A stretch of DNA of 60,638 nt. Source: Pseudomonadota bacterium (GTDB taxonomy: Bacteria > Pseudomonadota > Alphaproteobacteria > UBA6615). Each line of letters begins with the position of its first letter. The first letter of the stretch is position 1. Location of the stretch: assembly GCA_027618305.1 (NCBI GenBank), contig JAQCFD010000001.1, positions 1 to 60,638 on the forward strand, given 5' to 3'. Positions 50,578 to 60,638 of the stretch are shown piece by piece. A program made the translations under genes and the position numbers. The notes beneath the pieces were generated by a model. It was not told where the DNA came from, searched no databases, and was given only the letters and a program-made list of their open reading frames with translations.

Positions 50578-51135
50578 TTGGTGGGTGCCACGCAGGAGCT
50601 TGGTCAAGGATTGAACCTGATCAGCGAAAATATCCAGACGGACAAGATCATCTCCGTCATTGAACCCTCGTTGGCCGATCTCGGCTTCGAGTTGGTGCGC
50701 GTCAATTATGGCGGCGGGCGCCGACCGACCCTGCAGATCATGATCGACCGGGCGGACGGCAAGGTTGTGACGATCGAAGATTGCACCCTGGCAAGCCGAA
50801 CCTGCTCCGCGTTGCTCGATGTGGCCGACCCGATCAGAGATGCCTATGAGCTTGAGGTGAGCTCGCCGGGTATCGACAGGCCGCTGACACGGCCAAAGGA
50901 TTTCGAGAGCTTTGCCGGTTACGAGGCGAAGGTCGAGTTGAAGCAGGCCGTTGATGGCCGCCGGCGGTTTCGCGGGCGGTTGCTCGGTCTGGAAGATGAC
51001 AGGGTGCGTCTGGCAGACCTGGACGCGGGGGAAGACGAGTTCATCCTGCCGTTTTCGGAGATTGCCAAGGCGAAACTCGTATTGACCGATGAACTAATTG
51101 CCGCGGCCCAAAAGGGCCGGACAAACGAAGGATAG
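50578..51135 (+). CDS. rimP: Ribosome maturation factor RimP
   Basis: IEPSLADLGFELVRV N-domain, positioned before nusA. The start is uncertain (TTG 50578 or TTG 50611). Confidence 0.9.
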   Translation: MVGATQELGQGLNLISENIQTDKIISVIEPSLADLGFELVRVNYGGGRRPTLQIMIDRADGKVVTIEDCTLASRTCSALLDVADPIRDAYELEVSSPGIDRPLTRPKDFESFAGYEAKVELKQAVDGRRRFRGRLLGLEDDRVRLADLDAGEDEFILPFSEIAKAKLVLTDELIAAAQKGRTNEG

Positions 51136-51140
51136 AGATT

Positions 51141-52844
51141 ATGGATTCTGGAGGTCCCAGCCGCATTGAGATGCTCGCCGTTGCCGACGCCGTCGCACGG
51201 GAAAAGGGCATTGAGCGCGAGGAAGTCATCACCGCGATGGAGCAGGCCATTCAGAAGGCCGGCCGCAACAAATATGGTCCCGAGCATGATATCCGCGCGA
51301 TCATCGATCGCGTCGGCGGGCATATCTCATTGTCGCGCCACCGCGAGGTTGTGGAAGAGGTCGAGGACGAGCACACCCAGCTGACGGTCAAACAGGCGCA
51401 GGCCGAGAAGGCCGATGCGAAGGTGGGGGACTTCCTGATCGACGAGCTGCCGCCGATTGATTTCGGCCGCATCGCGGCGCAGACCGCCAAGCAGGTCATT
51501 GTGCAGCGGGTCCGCGACGCCGAACGCGAGCGTCAGTTCGAGGAATACAAGGACCGGGTGGGCGAGATCGTCAACGGCCTGGTCAAGCGGGTCGAGTATG
51601 GCAATGTGACCGTCGATCTCGGCCGCGCCGAAGGCGTGATGCGCCGCGACGAAGCGCTGCCGCGCGAAAATCACCGCCCGGGAGACCGGATCAGGGCTTA
51701 TATCTACGATGTGCGCCGCGAACCCCGTGGTCCGCAGATCTTCGTGACCCGAACCCGCCCGGAACTGATGAAGGCGCTGTTTGCGCAGGAAGTTCCTGAA
51801 ATTTACGACGGCATCATCGAGATTCGCGCCGCCGCGCGTGATCCGGGAAGCCGGGCAAAGATCGCCGTCATCTCCAGGGATGCCTCGATCGATCCCGTCG
51901 GCGCCTGCGTCGGCATGCGGGGTAGCCGGGTACAGGCCGTGGTTGGAGAACTCCAGGGCGAGAAGATCGACATCATTCCCTGGTCTGATGACCCGGCGAC
52001 CTTCGTGGTCAATGCGCTGGCCCCGGCCGAAGTCACCAAGGTTGTGCTGGATGAAGACGCCAACAAGATCGAAGTGGTTGTTCCCGATGAGCAATTGTCG
52101 CTCGCGATCGGCCGCCGCGGACAGAATGTGCGCCTGGCGTCCATGTTGTCGGGCTGGGATATCGACATCCTGACCGAGGAGGAGGAATCCCAGCGTCGCC
52201 AGGACGAGTTCAATTCCCGAAGCGCCCTGTTTATCGAGGCGTTCGACGTGGAGGATGTGATTGCGCATCTGCTCGTCACCGAAGGTTTTGCGACAATCGA
52301 GGAAGTGGCCTTCGTGCCCCTTGAAGACCTGACGACCATCGAGGGCTTCGACGAGGATATCGGCGAAGAGCTGCAGGCGCGGGCGCGCAACTGGCTCGAG
52401 GAGCGCGATGCGAAACTCGACGTTGAGCGAAAGAAGCTCGGTGTCGAGGACGCGATGCTCAATATCCGGGGGGTCACCCGCGAAAATTCGGTTCGCCTGG
52501 GAACCCATGGTGTGCGAACGGTCGAGGATCTGGCGGGTTTGATGCCGGACGAGTACCGGTTCATCTTCATGGACACCGAGACGGAGGTGAAGCTCGACGA
52601 TCTGTTCAACATGGCCGACCATGAGATCAGCCGTCTGGTGCGTCCGAGCCCGGTGCAGGCCGATGAAGCAAACGCCATCATCATGGCCGCGCGTTTTGCG
52701 GTCTATGGTGATGATGTGATCCCGCCGGAACCCGAGCCGGACCCCGACGCGGTTGAAGCCGCGGCGGTGCCAGCAACACCTTCGGATCGGGCGACGGCGG
52801 AAGCCGTGTTTGCGCCGGCCCCCGAACAGCCGGCCGGCGAATAG
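51141..52844 (+). CDS. nusA: Transcription termination/antitermination factor NusA
   Basis: 567 aa with N-terminal, S1, two KH and C-terminal acidic repeat regions. Canonical operon position. Confidence 0.97.
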   Translation: MDSGGPSRIEMLAVADAVAREKGIEREEVITAMEQAIQKAGRNKYGPEHDIRAIIDRVGGHISLSRHREVVEEVEDEHTQLTVKQAQAEKADAKVGDFLIDELPPIDFGRIAAQTAKQVIVQRVRDAERERQFEEYKDRVGEIVNGLVKRVEYGNVTVDLGRAEGVMRRDEALPRENHRPGDRIRAYIYDVRREPRGPQIFVTRTRPELMKALFAQEVPEIYDGIIEIRAAARDPGSRAKIAVISRDASIDPVGACVGMRGSRVQAVVGELQGEKIDIIPWSDDPATFVVNALAPAEVTKVVLDEDANKIEVVVPDEQLSLAIGRRGQNVRLASMLSGWDIDILTEEEESQRRQDEFNSRSALFIEAFDVEDVIAHLLVTEGFATIEEVAFVPLEDLTTIEGFDEDIGEELQARARNWLEERDAKLDVERKKLGVEDAMLNIRGVTRENSVRLGTHGVRTVEDLAGLMPDEYRFIFMDTETEVKLDDLFNMADHEISRLVRPSPVQADEANAIIMAARFAVYGDDVIPPEPEPDPDAVEAAAVPATPSDRATAEAVFAPAPEQPAGE

Positions 52845-52862
52845 GATACGGGGCGCGCAAGG

Positions 52863-53591
52863 ATGATCGCGGTGGAACAGGCGCGTACTGACTCGAGCCG
52901 GGCCGATGTGGTCCCGGCCGATGCGGGCCGGCATGCGGGTGCGACGCAGCACCGCACGCGGCGTTGCCTGGTGACGGGTGACGTGTTGCCGCGATCGGAA
53001 TTGATGCGGTTTGTCGTCGGCCCGGATGATCTCGTGGTTCCCGATCTCGATGCGCGCCTTCCCGGGCGCGGATTGTGGTTGACCGGCCGCAGGGATATAG
53101 TCGCGCAAGCCTGTGCCAAGCGCGTGTTTGCGCGCGGTGCGAAGCGCAATGTGTCGCCGATGACCGGGCCCGAGGGCGAGAGCCTTGAGCTGTTCGTCGA
53201 GAACATGTTGTTTCGCCGGGCGGTGGGTGCATTGACGATGGCCCGCAAGGCGGGCACTTACGTGTCGGGTTTCGAAAAGGTCCGTGCGGCCCTGTCGGGG
53301 CGCGACAAGAATGTGGACGTGAGCGCGGGTGACACCGTTTTGTTATGTGCGTCCGACGCCGGCGACGATGGTCGCGAGAAAATTGCGCGGCTCGCCGATC
53401 GGGTGGGCGGAGTTATGCGCGTGGATATATTTGATGCTGCCCAACTGGGTGCCGCGTCAGGACGTGATCATACGGTCCACGCGGTGGTGTTGCCGGGCGG
53501 CGCCGCGCAGCATGTGCTGGAGACGGTACGGGCATACATCGCGTATCGGGGTGATGCAGCCCCTGCGACCGAATTTGATTTGATAGATTGA
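52863..53591 (+). CDS. YlxR-like RNA-binding protein (DUF448) with an L7Ae-like C-terminal domain
   Basis: [41 protein letters not shown] matches the DUF448 core. Lies between nusA and infB. Confidence 0.85.
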   Translation: MIAVEQARTDSSRADVVPADAGRHAGATQHRTRRCLVTGDVLPRSELMRFVVGPDDLVVPDLDARLPGRGLWLTGRRDIVAQACAKRVFARGAKRNVSPMTGPEGESLELFVENMLFRRAVGALTMARKAGTYVSGFEKVRAALSGRDKNVDVSAGDTVLLCASDAGDDGREKIARLADRVGGVMRVDIFDAAQLGAASGRDHTVHAVVLPGGAAQHVLETVRAYIAYRGDAAPATEFDLID

Positions 53592-53595
53592 GACC

Positions 53596-56259
53596 ATGGC
53601 GAATATGACTGAAAACGACGATAAGAAGAAAAAGCCGCTGACGCTCTCCAAGCCGGGCAAGCTCGAGCTGAAGAAGACCGTCGAAGGCGGCCAGGTGCGC
53701 CAGAGCTTCAGTCATGGCCGGACCAAGACCGTGACGGTCGAGGTCAAGAAAAAGCGGACATTCCAGCAGGGCGCGACCGGGGAGATGACCGAGGTCAAGG
53801 CGGTCGAGGAGACGAAGGTCGCCGAAACGCCGGCGCCGGCGCCGGCCCCGGAGGTCGCCCCCGCGGCGGAGAGGGCTCCGCAACGCACGTTGACCGACGC
53901 CGAACAGGCATCGCGGGTGCGCGCGCTCGAGGAGGCCCGCAAGGCCGCACAAGAAGCCGCGCTCGAAAGCGAGAAGGCCAAGCAGGCGCTCGAAGAAGCC
54001 CGTCAGGCTTCGGGCGATGAGAACGCTGCGGATGCGCCGGATACGGTTGCCGATACGCCCGAAGCTCCCGCCGCGTCCGAACAGGCGCCGGTCGAGACCC
54101 GGACCCGTCGAGAAATCGAGGAAGAGGGCCGCCGCGAGGCGGAGGCCCAGGCTCAGAAGATGGCCGATGAGGCCGCACAGCGCGCCGCCGCGGCCGAACG
54201 GAAGTTCGCCGCCCTCGAGGAAGAAACGATTGACGATGACGATGTCGTCGACGACGCTGACGGTGCCGGAAAAGGCAAGCCGGTCCGCGCCGATGGCGCG
54301 GCGCCGAAGCCGAGTGCGCGGCCGCGCGCCAATGAACATAAACGCCGGAGCGGTAAGCTCACCATTTCCCAGGCACTCGACGAGGATGGCGGCGCACGCC
54401 AGCGTTCCGTCGCGGCATTCCGCCGCCGCCAGGAACGCGAGCGCCAGCGCGCGACCGGTGACAACAAGGGCGGGGGTCAGGCGTCAAAGGTTGTGCGCGA
54501 AGTGAACATTCCCGACAGCATTACTGTCGGTGAGTTGGGCAACCGCATGGCCGAGCGCGGCTCGGAGGTCATCAAGGCCCTCATGAAGATGGGTGTCATG
54601 GCGACGATCAATCAGTCGATCGATCAGGAAACGGCACAACTCGTGGTCGAGGAATTCGGCCATGCCGCGAAGCTCACATCGGCCGCCGACGTTGAACTCA
54701 ATCTCGGTGCGACGGTCGACGATGAGGGGGGCACCCAGGTGCCGCGCCCGCCGGTTGTGACCGTCATGGGCCATGTCGATCACGGGAAGACATCCCTGCT
54801 CGACGCGCTGCGTTCGACCGATGTGGTCAGCCGTGAGGCGGGTGGAATCACCCAGCATATCGGCGCCTATCAGGTGGAGCTCGAATCCGGCGACAAGATC
54901 AGCTTCATCGACACACCGGGTCATGCGGCGTTCACCGCGATGCGCCAGCGTGGTGCCGGTGTGACCGATATCGTGATCCTGGTGGTCGCGGGGGATGATG
55001 GCATCCAGCCGCAGACAATCGAGGCGATCAATCACGCGCGCGCCGCCAACGTGCCGATCATCGTTGCGGTGAACAAGATGGATCTGCCGGCGGCAGATGC
55101 GTCGCGCGTCAAGACCGAACTCCTGTCCCACGAGATTGTGCCCGAGGAAATGGGTGGCGACACCCAGGTCATCGAGGTCTCGGCCAAGACCCGTGCGGGA
55201 CTCGACACGCTGGCCGAGGCGATCGTCCTGCAGGCGGAAGTGCTCGAACTGACGGCCAATCCCGATCGCGACGCCTTCGGCGCCGTGATCGAGGCGCAAC
55301 TCGAACGCGGCCGCGGTGCGGTGGCGACCGTGCTGGTCCAGGGCGGCACGATCAAGGTGGGAGACATCTTCGTCGCCGGTTCCGAGTGGGGTCGGGTCCG
55401 CGCGTTGGTCAACGACCGGGGCGAGAATGTGCAAGAGGCCGGCCCGTCCGCGCCGGTCGAGGTTCTGGGTCTGAATGGCGCACCCCAGGCGGGCGATGAA
55501 TTCGCCGTCGTGGATTCCGATGCGCGGGCGCGTGAAGTCGTCGAATACCGCGAGAGCGTCAAGCGCGATGCCCGCGCTGTGGCGGGTGCGCGTGGCAGCC
55601 TCGACGACATGTTCGAGCAGATCAAGGCCGGTGCGGCCGCCCAGATTCCCGTTGTGATCAAGGGCGACGTGCAGGGCTCGGTCGAAGCCATTGTCGGGGC
55701 GCTCAACAATCTGTCCACCGACGAGGTCAAGGCCCAGGTACTGCACGCCGGGGTTGGCGGTATCACCGAATCCGACATCTCGCTCGCGACGGTCAACAAC
55801 GGGCTGGTCATCGGCTTCAACGTCCGCGCGATCCCGCAGGCGCGCGATCAGGCGAAGCGCGACGGGGTCGAGATCCGCTACTACAACATCATCTACAATG
55901 TCGTGGACGATGTTCGCGGCATGCTGGAGGGCGAGCTGGCGCCGACCCTCAAGGAGAACGTGCTCGGCGCGGCCGAAGTTCGTGAGGTCTTCGCCGTCTC
56001 AAAGGTCGGCAAGGTGGCCGGCTGCATGGTGACCGAGGGTCTTATCCGGCGCGATTCGAAGGTGCGCCTGATGCGCGATTCGGTCATTGTGCACGAAGGC
56101 AATTTGGGCACGCTGCGACGGTTCAAGGACGATGTCCGTGAAGTCCAGAACAGCTACGAATGCGGCATCGCACTCGAGAATTACAACGACATCCAGCCGG
56201 GTGACGTGATCGAGTGCTATGAGGTGCAGGAGATCGCCCGTCATCTCGCGGCGAGCTGA
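53596..56259 (+). CDS. infB: Translation initiation factor IF-2
   Basis: 887 aa. Charged, low-complexity N-terminus and GTPase motifs [21 protein letters not shown]. Confidence 0.97.
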   Translation: MANMTENDDKKKKPLTLSKPGKLELKKTVEGGQVRQSFSHGRTKTVTVEVKKKRTFQQGATGEMTEVKAVEETKVAETPAPAPAPEVAPAAERAPQRTLTDAEQASRVRALEEARKAAQEAALESEKAKQALEEARQASGDENAADAPDTVADTPEAPAASEQAPVETRTRREIEEEGRREAEAQAQKMADEAAQRAAAAERKFAALEEETIDDDDVVDDADGAGKGKPVRADGAAPKPSARPRANEHKRRSGKLTISQALDEDGGARQRSVAAFRRRQERERQRATGDNKGGGQASKVVREVNIPDSITVGELGNRMAERGSEVIKALMKMGVMATINQSIDQETAQLVVEEFGHAAKLTSAADVELNLGATVDDEGGTQVPRPPVVTVMGHVDHGKTSLLDALRSTDVVSREAGGITQHIGAYQVELESGDKISFIDTPGHAAFTAMRQRGAGVTDIVILVVAGDDGIQPQTIEAINHARAANVPIIVAVNKMDLPAADASRVKTELLSHEIVPEEMGGDTQVIEVSAKTRAGLDTLAEAIVLQAEVLELTANPDRDAFGAVIEAQLERGRGAVATVLVQGGTIKVGDIFVAGSEWGRVRALVNDRGENVQEAGPSAPVEVLGLNGAPQAGDEFAVVDSDARAREVVEYRESVKRDARAVAGARGSLDDMFEQIKAGAAAQIPVVIKGDVQGSVEAIVGALNNLSTDEVKAQVLHAGVGGITESDISLATVNNGLVIGFNVRAIPQARDQAKRDGVEIRYYNIIYNVVDDVRGMLEGELAPTLKENVLGAAEVREVFAVSKVGKVAGCMVTEGLIRRDSKVRLMRDSVIVHEGNLGTLRRFKDDVREVQNSYECGIALENYNDIQPGDVIECYEVQEIARHLAAS

Positions 56260-56358
56260 CCGGCCGTCGAACGCCCATACGCTGCGTAAAACACGCCACG
56301 AAACAGAACCGGCGCGCGGATGCGCGCGGTCGAAAACGGAACTGAAAACAGCCCGCTC

Positions 56359-56829
56359 ATGAAACGGAAAGCGCACAATGCCCGCCCAAATACCGGCCGG
56401 GGCAAAGCGCCGACCCAACGCCAGTTGCGCGTGGGCGAGGAAATCCGTCATGCCCTGGCGGAGATCCTTCGCCGGGCGGCATTTCGCGACACGGAGCTGG
56501 CCAACATGGCGATCACCGTCACGGAAGTGCGGGTGAGCCCGGATTTACGCAATGCGACGGTGTTTGTGCTGCCCCTCGAGGGAGACGCTGCGCCCATGGT
56601 GGCCGGCCTGAACCGCGCGACGGGCTATCTGCGCGGCCAACTCGCCCGGGCGGTGCAGCTGAAATACCTGCCGGCGTTGAATTTCGTGTTCGACAAAAGC
56701 TTCGACGAGGCCTCGCGGATCGAATCCATCATGCACCGGCCCGAGGTTGCGCGTGATCTGGCGCGCGTTGACGATGCGACGGCTGACGGGGCATCCGCCG
56801 ACGCGGCAAATGAAGAGCCGGAAAGCTGA
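56359..56829 (+). CDS. rbfA: Ribosome-binding factor A
   Basis: Within ORF 56320..56829. QRQLRVGEEIRHALAEIL core. Start probably at MKRKAHNAR (ATG 56359). Confidence 0.9.
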   Translation: MKRKAHNARPNTGRGKAPTQRQLRVGEEIRHALAEILRRAAFRDTELANMAITVTEVRVSPDLRNATVFVLPLEGDAAPMVAGLNRATGYLRGQLARAVQLKYLPALNFVFDKSFDEASRIESIMHRPEVARDLARVDDATADGASADAANEEPES

Positions 56830-57755
56830 TGGGACGTCGGCGCAAGGGCCTGACGATCAATGGCTGGATCAATCTCGATAAACCGGCGGGCATGACATCG
56901 GCGGCCTGTGTCAACGCGGTCCGCCGCGCCACGGGGGCCGCGAAGCTGGGCCATGCCGGGACGCTGGACCCGTCGGCGACGGGCATTTTGCCAATCGCGC
57001 TGGGCGAGGCGACCAAGACCATGCCCTATGTCACGGACAGCTCGAAGCGTTACACCTTCACGGTCAATTGGGGCGCGCGGACAGAGACCGATGACGCGGA
57101 TGGTGCGGTTGTCGAGACCTCGGACATCCGCCCGGATCGCGCCGCGATCGAGGCCGCGCTCCCGGCATTTGTCGGCATGATCGAGCAGGTTCCGCCGGCC
57201 TATTCCGCGATCAAGATCGACGGCCAGCGGGCCTATACCAAGGCACGCGCCGGCGAGGATGTGGTCCTCCAGGCGCGGACCATCGAAATCAACGCCTTCG
57301 ATCTGGTCGAGATCCTCGACGCGGACCGCGCGCGGTTCGCCGTAAAGTCGGGCAAGGGGGCGTATATGCGCGGGTTGGCCCGCGATCTGGCCATCGCGGT
57401 CGGCACCTGCGGGCACCTGTCCGACCTGCGCCGCGTGGCCGTCGGACCGTTCGAAGAATCGGCTTCGATTTCGCTGGAAAAGCTGGAAGAACTTGGCCAT
57501 AGTGCCGCCGCCTCACCCATATTGTTACCGATTGAGACCGCGCTGGACGGTATCCCGGCGCTGGCCTTGTCTGGCAGGGAAGCGGAAATGCTTCGCAATG
57601 GGCAGGCGGTTCCCGTCTTGCGACCGCAAGATAGGGAACGGATTGCGATGGCGGGGGACGACGGTATCGTCCTGGCCCTCGAAGCGACGACGCCCGTGGC
57701 GCTCGTTCGTGTCGATGGCATCCAGATCCGTCCGGTCCGTGTTTTAAATCTTTGA
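56829..57755 (+). CDS. truB: tRNA pseudouridine55 synthase
   Basis: GHAGTLDP catalytic motif. The ATG overlaps the rbfA TGA by 1 nt. Confidence 0.95.
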   Translation: MGRRRKGLTINGWINLDKPAGMTSAACVNAVRRATGAAKLGHAGTLDPSATGILPIALGEATKTMPYVTDSSKRYTFTVNWGARTETDDADGAVVETSDIRPDRAAIEAALPAFVGMIEQVPPAYSAIKIDGQRAYTKARAGEDVVLQARTIEINAFDLVEILDADRARFAVKSGKGAYMRGLARDLAIAVGTCGHLSDLRRVAVGPFEESASISLEKLEELGHSAAASPILLPIETALDGIPALALSGREAEMLRNGQAVPVLRPQDRERIAMAGDDGIVLALEATTPVALVRVDGIQIRPVRVLNL

Positions 57756-57774
57756 TACCGGGAGCTAGATTGTC

Positions 57775-58044
57775 ATGTCGATTACGCCCGAGCGTAAAAC
57801 TGAACTCATTAAAGAATTCCAGACCAAGGCTGGGGACACGGGCTCGCCCGAGGTTCAGGTCGCGATCCTGACGGAGCGCATCAAAAACCTGACCGAACAC
57901 CTGCAGACCCACGCCAAGGATCATCATTCACGCCGCGGACTCCTCCTGATGGTGGGCCAGCGGCGTCGTCTGCTCGACTACACGCGGCGCAAGGAAGAAG
58001 CGCGTTATCGCACCCTGATCGAGCGTTTGGGCATTCGCCGCTAG
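57775..58044 (+). CDS. rpsO: 30S ribosomal protein S15
   Basis: 89 aa. [17 protein letters not shown]...[16 protein letters not shown] signature. Confidence 0.97.
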   Translation: MSITPERKTELIKEFQTKAGDTGSPEVQVAILTERIKNLTEHLQTHAKDHHSRRGLLLMVGQRRRLLDYTRRKEEARYRTLIERLGIRR

Positions 58045-58253
58045 ACGCGATTGTCTTTGTTACCGGCGCGGGCATGGCCCGGCGCCATTACGACAGGCCC
58101 ACGGACACAATCCGGTGTCCCCGGTCTGGCCCGCACGGAAGGTCCGTGCACACGCCGTCAAAACTCTATTGCGTGACGGCGCGAAGACCCCGATGGCACG
58201 GGGCATTCGTTTGGGGTTGGCCCGAACGGATGACGCAGGTTGAGAGATAAGCG
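58045..58253 (+). promoter_or_regulatory. rpsO-pnp intergenic leader with four stem-loops
   Basis: Four hairpins: GGCGCGGGC/GCCCGGCGCC (58065-58086, 9 bp with one bulge); GGACAC/GTGTCC (58103-58120); GCACGG/CCGTGC (58133-58149); CGCCGTCA/TGACGGCG (58153-58181). Confidence 0.5.
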
Positions 58254-60446
58254 ATGTTTGACATTGTACGTAAGGAAATCAACTGGGGTGGGCGTCCGCT
58301 CGTTCTGGAGACCGGGCATATCGCCCGTCAGGCCGACGGGGCCGTCCTCGTCACATATGGTGAGTCCTCGGTGCTCTGCACCACGGTCGGCGAACATGCG
58401 CCGCGCGAGGGGCTGGATTTCTTCCCGCTCACTGTTCACTACCAGGAAAAGACTTATGCGGCGGGCAAGATTCCCGGCGGCTTCTTCAAGCGTGAAGGCC
58501 GCCCGACGGAGAAAGAGGTTCTCACCTCGCGCCTGATCGACCGGCCGATCCGGCCGCTCTTCCACAAGAGCTATCGCAACGAAACCCAGGTGATCTGCAC
58601 CACCGTCAGCCACGATCTGGAGAATGATCCGGACATCGCGGCACTGATCGGTGCCTCGGCGGCCCTGACGATTTCGGGCATGCCCTTCATGGGCCCGATC
58701 GGTGCGGCGCGCGTCGGTTATATCGACGGCGAGTATGTGCTGAACCCGACGGCCGACCAGCTGGTCGAATCCCAGCTCGACCTGATCGTGGCGGGCACCA
58801 GCGAAGGTGTCCTGATGGTCGAATCCCAGGCCAATGAGCTGACCGAAGAGATCATGCTCGGCGCGGTGATGTTCGGGCATGAGGGTTATCAGCCGGTGAT
58901 CGATGCGATCATCGACATGGCCGAGCGTGCGGCGAAAGAGCCGCGCCCGATCAGCGAGACCCCGCAGGAGATCCTCGATCTCGAAGCGAAGGTTCGCAAG
59001 CTCGGCGAGGCCGGCATTCGTGAGGCCTACACCGAAAAAGAAAAGCTGGTCCGTCAGGATAAGGTCTCGGCCGCCAAGAAGGCCGTGATCGCACAGCTCT
59101 CCGACGAGGAAGCCGCGATTGCCAGCGGTCCGCTCAAGACCCTGGAGAAGGACGTGGTGCGCCGCGCCATTCTCGACACGGGCGAACGGATCGACGGCCG
59201 CGACACCAAGACGGTGCGTGCCATCGAGAGCCAGATCTCGATCCTGCCGCGCGCCCATGGCTCGGCACTGTTCACCCGGGGCGAGACCCAGGCGATGGTC
59301 GTGGCCACGCTGGGCACCGGCCAGGACGAGCAGATCATCGATGCGCTCGAGGGCGAGTATCGCGAGCATTTCCTGCTGCACTACAACTTCCCGCCTTATT
59401 CGGTCGGCGAGACCGGTCGTATCGGTTTCACCGGGCGTCGCGAAGTCGGCCATGGCAAGCTTGCCTGGCGGGCGCTGCGGCCGCTGCTGCCGGCCAAGGA
59501 GGACTTCCCCTACACGGTCCGCGTGGTCTCCGAGATCACCGAATCGAACGGGTCGTCCTCGATGGCCACGGTCTGCGGTGCGTCCCTGGCAATGATGGAT
59601 GCGGGCGTGCCTCTGAAGGCACCGGTCGCGGGCATCGCCATGGGCCTGATCAAGGAAGACGACGGCTATGCGGTCCTGTCGGATATTCTCGGTGACGAGG
59701 ATCATCTCGGCGATATGGACTTCAAGGTTGCCGGCACGGATACGGGCATCACCTCGCTCCAGATGGACATCAAGATCACGTCCATCACCAGGGAGATCAT
59801 GGAGATCGCCCTGGACCAGGCCCGCGACGGCCGAATCCACATCCTGGGCGAGATGGCCAAGGCCATCGATTCCGGGCGCAACGAGCTGTCCGAACACGCG
59901 CCGCGCATCACCACCATGCAGATCCCGACCGACAAGATCCGGGAAGTGATCGGCACGGGCGGCAAGGTCATCCGCGAAATCTGCGAGGTGACCGGCTGTA
60001 AGGTCGACATCGACGATGAGGGCCTGATCAAGGTCGCCTCGTCCGATGGCGAGGCCGCCCAGAAGGCGATCGACTGGATCACCTCCATCGTGGCCGAGCC
60101 GGAAGTCGGCGTGATCTACACGGGCAAGGTCGTGAAGGTCGTCGATTTCGGCGCCTTCGTGAACTTCTTCGGATCGCGCGACGGCCTCGTCCACATCTCC
60201 GAGCTCAAGAACGAGCGCGTGGGTCAGGTGACCGACGTGATCAACGAGGGCGACGAGGTGAAGGTCAAGGTCATCGGCATGGATGACCGGGGCAAGGTCA
60301 AGCTGTCGATGCGGGTCGTCGATCAGGAGACCGGTGAGGAACTCGAGGATACGCGCCCGGCGCGTGAGCCCCGCGGTGACGGTGATGGCGACGGGGACGA
60401 TCGTCCGCGCCCGCGCCGCCGCCCGCGCCGCGACGCCGCCGAGTAA
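58254..60446 (+). CDS. pnp: Polyribonucleotide nucleotidyltransferase (PNPase)
   Basis: 730 aa with two RNase PH domains, KH and S1 ([18 protein letters not shown]). Arg/Asp-rich C-terminal tail. Confidence 0.97.
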   Translation: MFDIVRKEINWGGRPLVLETGHIARQADGAVLVTYGESSVLCTTVGEHAPREGLDFFPLTVHYQEKTYAAGKIPGGFFKREGRPTEKEVLTSRLIDRPIRPLFHKSYRNETQVICTTVSHDLENDPDIAALIGASAALTISGMPFMGPIGAARVGYIDGEYVLNPTADQLVESQLDLIVAGTSEGVLMVESQANELTEEIMLGAVMFGHEGYQPVIDAIIDMAERAAKEPRPISETPQEILDLEAKVRKLGEAGIREAYTEKEKLVRQDKVSAAKKAVIAQLSDEEAAIASGPLKTLEKDVVRRAILDTGERIDGRDTKTVRAIESQISILPRAHGSALFTRGETQAMVVATLGTGQDEQIIDALEGEYREHFLLHYNFPPYSVGETGRIGFTGRREVGHGKLAWRALRPLLPAKEDFPYTVRVVSEITESNGSSSMATVCGASLAMMDAGVPLKAPVAGIAMGLIKEDDGYAVLSDILGDEDHLGDMDFKVAGTDTGITSLQMDIKITSITREIMEIALDQARDGRIHILGEMAKAIDSGRNELSEHAPRITTMQIPTDKIREVIGTGGKVIREICEVTGCKVDIDDEGLIKVASSDGEAAQKAIDWITSIVAEPEVGVIYTGKVVKVVDFGAFVNFFGSRDGLVHISELKNERVGQVTDVINEGDEVKVKVIGMDDRGKVKLSMRVVDQETGEELEDTRPAREPRGDGDGDGDDRPRPRRRPRRDAAE

Positions 60447-60467
60447 CACCGGCGACAAGCGAACATG

Positions 60468-60497
60468 AAAACGGCCCCTCACGGGGCCGTTTTTTTG
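60468..60497 (+). terminator. Rho-independent terminator after pnp
   Basis: AAAACGGCCCC-tcac-GGGGCCGTTTTTTT. GC-rich stem of 7 bp or more followed by a T7 run, 22 nt after the pnp stop. Confidence 0.85.
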
Positions 60498-60638
60498 TCC
60501 CCGTTATGCTCCACAGGGGTGTCATCGGGCCGTCATACGGGGCGGATAGGATCATCGGCTTCAGTGTGTTGCAAGTGTTACGATCCCCCCGTGCCAAAAC
60601 ATGGAAAAACCGTTCAGCAGGTCGCCTCCCTGCCCTTC

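Noticed and set aside
49302-50591. 429-aa ORF antisense to metK/trmB. Similar long antisense ORFs lie opposite nusA (51327..53108), glnD (26791..28044 and 28153..29484), murJ (31307..32617), lnt (46944..47972) and infB (54484..55746).
   Set aside because: All are nested opposite genes with diagnostic motifs and have the Arg/Pro/Gly/His-rich composition typical of high-GC shadow frames.
58158-60482. 774-aa ORF antisense to pnp
   Set aside because: Same shadow-frame explanation. It is fully nested opposite a canonical PNPase, has a low-complexity Arg/Gly/Asp/His-rich translation, and has no independent start context.
60298-60597. 99-aa minus-strand ORF overlapping the pnp 3' end and its terminator
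   Set aside because: It overlaps PNPase coding sequence and a strong intrinsic terminator. Its translation is Arg/Gly-rich low complexity.

Overview
High-GC (roughly 64%) chromosomal segment with the gene content and order of an alphaproteobacterium. It is almost entirely core housekeeping DNA. I recognise about 55 protein genes and no rRNA, tRNA, CRISPR array, transposase, integrase or phage gene.

Main blocks:
- DUF1848 (cut by the window edge), then dnaK-dnaJ-dapB and nth.
- A bactofilin / small ORF / lipoprotein unit, an EI24/CysZ-like protein, a PfkB adenosine kinase, and an orphan family-5 solute-binding protein.
- An alanine dehydrogenase gene interrupted by one in-frame TAG.
- A complete co-linear Pho cluster (phoR-pstSCAB-phoU-phoB) with a three-repeat Pho box.
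- maeB, then mutS-MFS-glnD-MFS-murJ-trpS.
- A class III adenylate cyclase and nfu, then three cell-wall enzymes (Bax-like glucosaminidase, polysaccharide deacetylase, D-Ala-D-Ala dipeptidase).
- tsaB-rimI, then mucR, fur/mur and olsBA.
- miaB-phoH-ybeY-corC-lnt, metK-trmB, and rimP-nusA-ylxR-infB-rbfA-truB-rpsO-pnp.

I did not find a convincing multi-gene novel system such as a defence island, toxin module or biosynthetic cluster. The best leads are modest:
1. A 42-49 codon tail-anchored membrane ORF, below the ORF-track length cutoff, wedged between the bactofilin and a lipoprotein.
2. Four GTTAAC palindromes clustered in the cyclase/nfu divergent intergenic region.
3. The single amber codon in ald.
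4. Direct 12-mer repeats upstream of nth.
5. A structured metK leader that does not match the SAM riboswitch consensus as I remember it.

The long antisense ORFs in the track (opposite dnaK, pnp, nusA, glnD, murJ and others) are treated as high-GC shadow frames.
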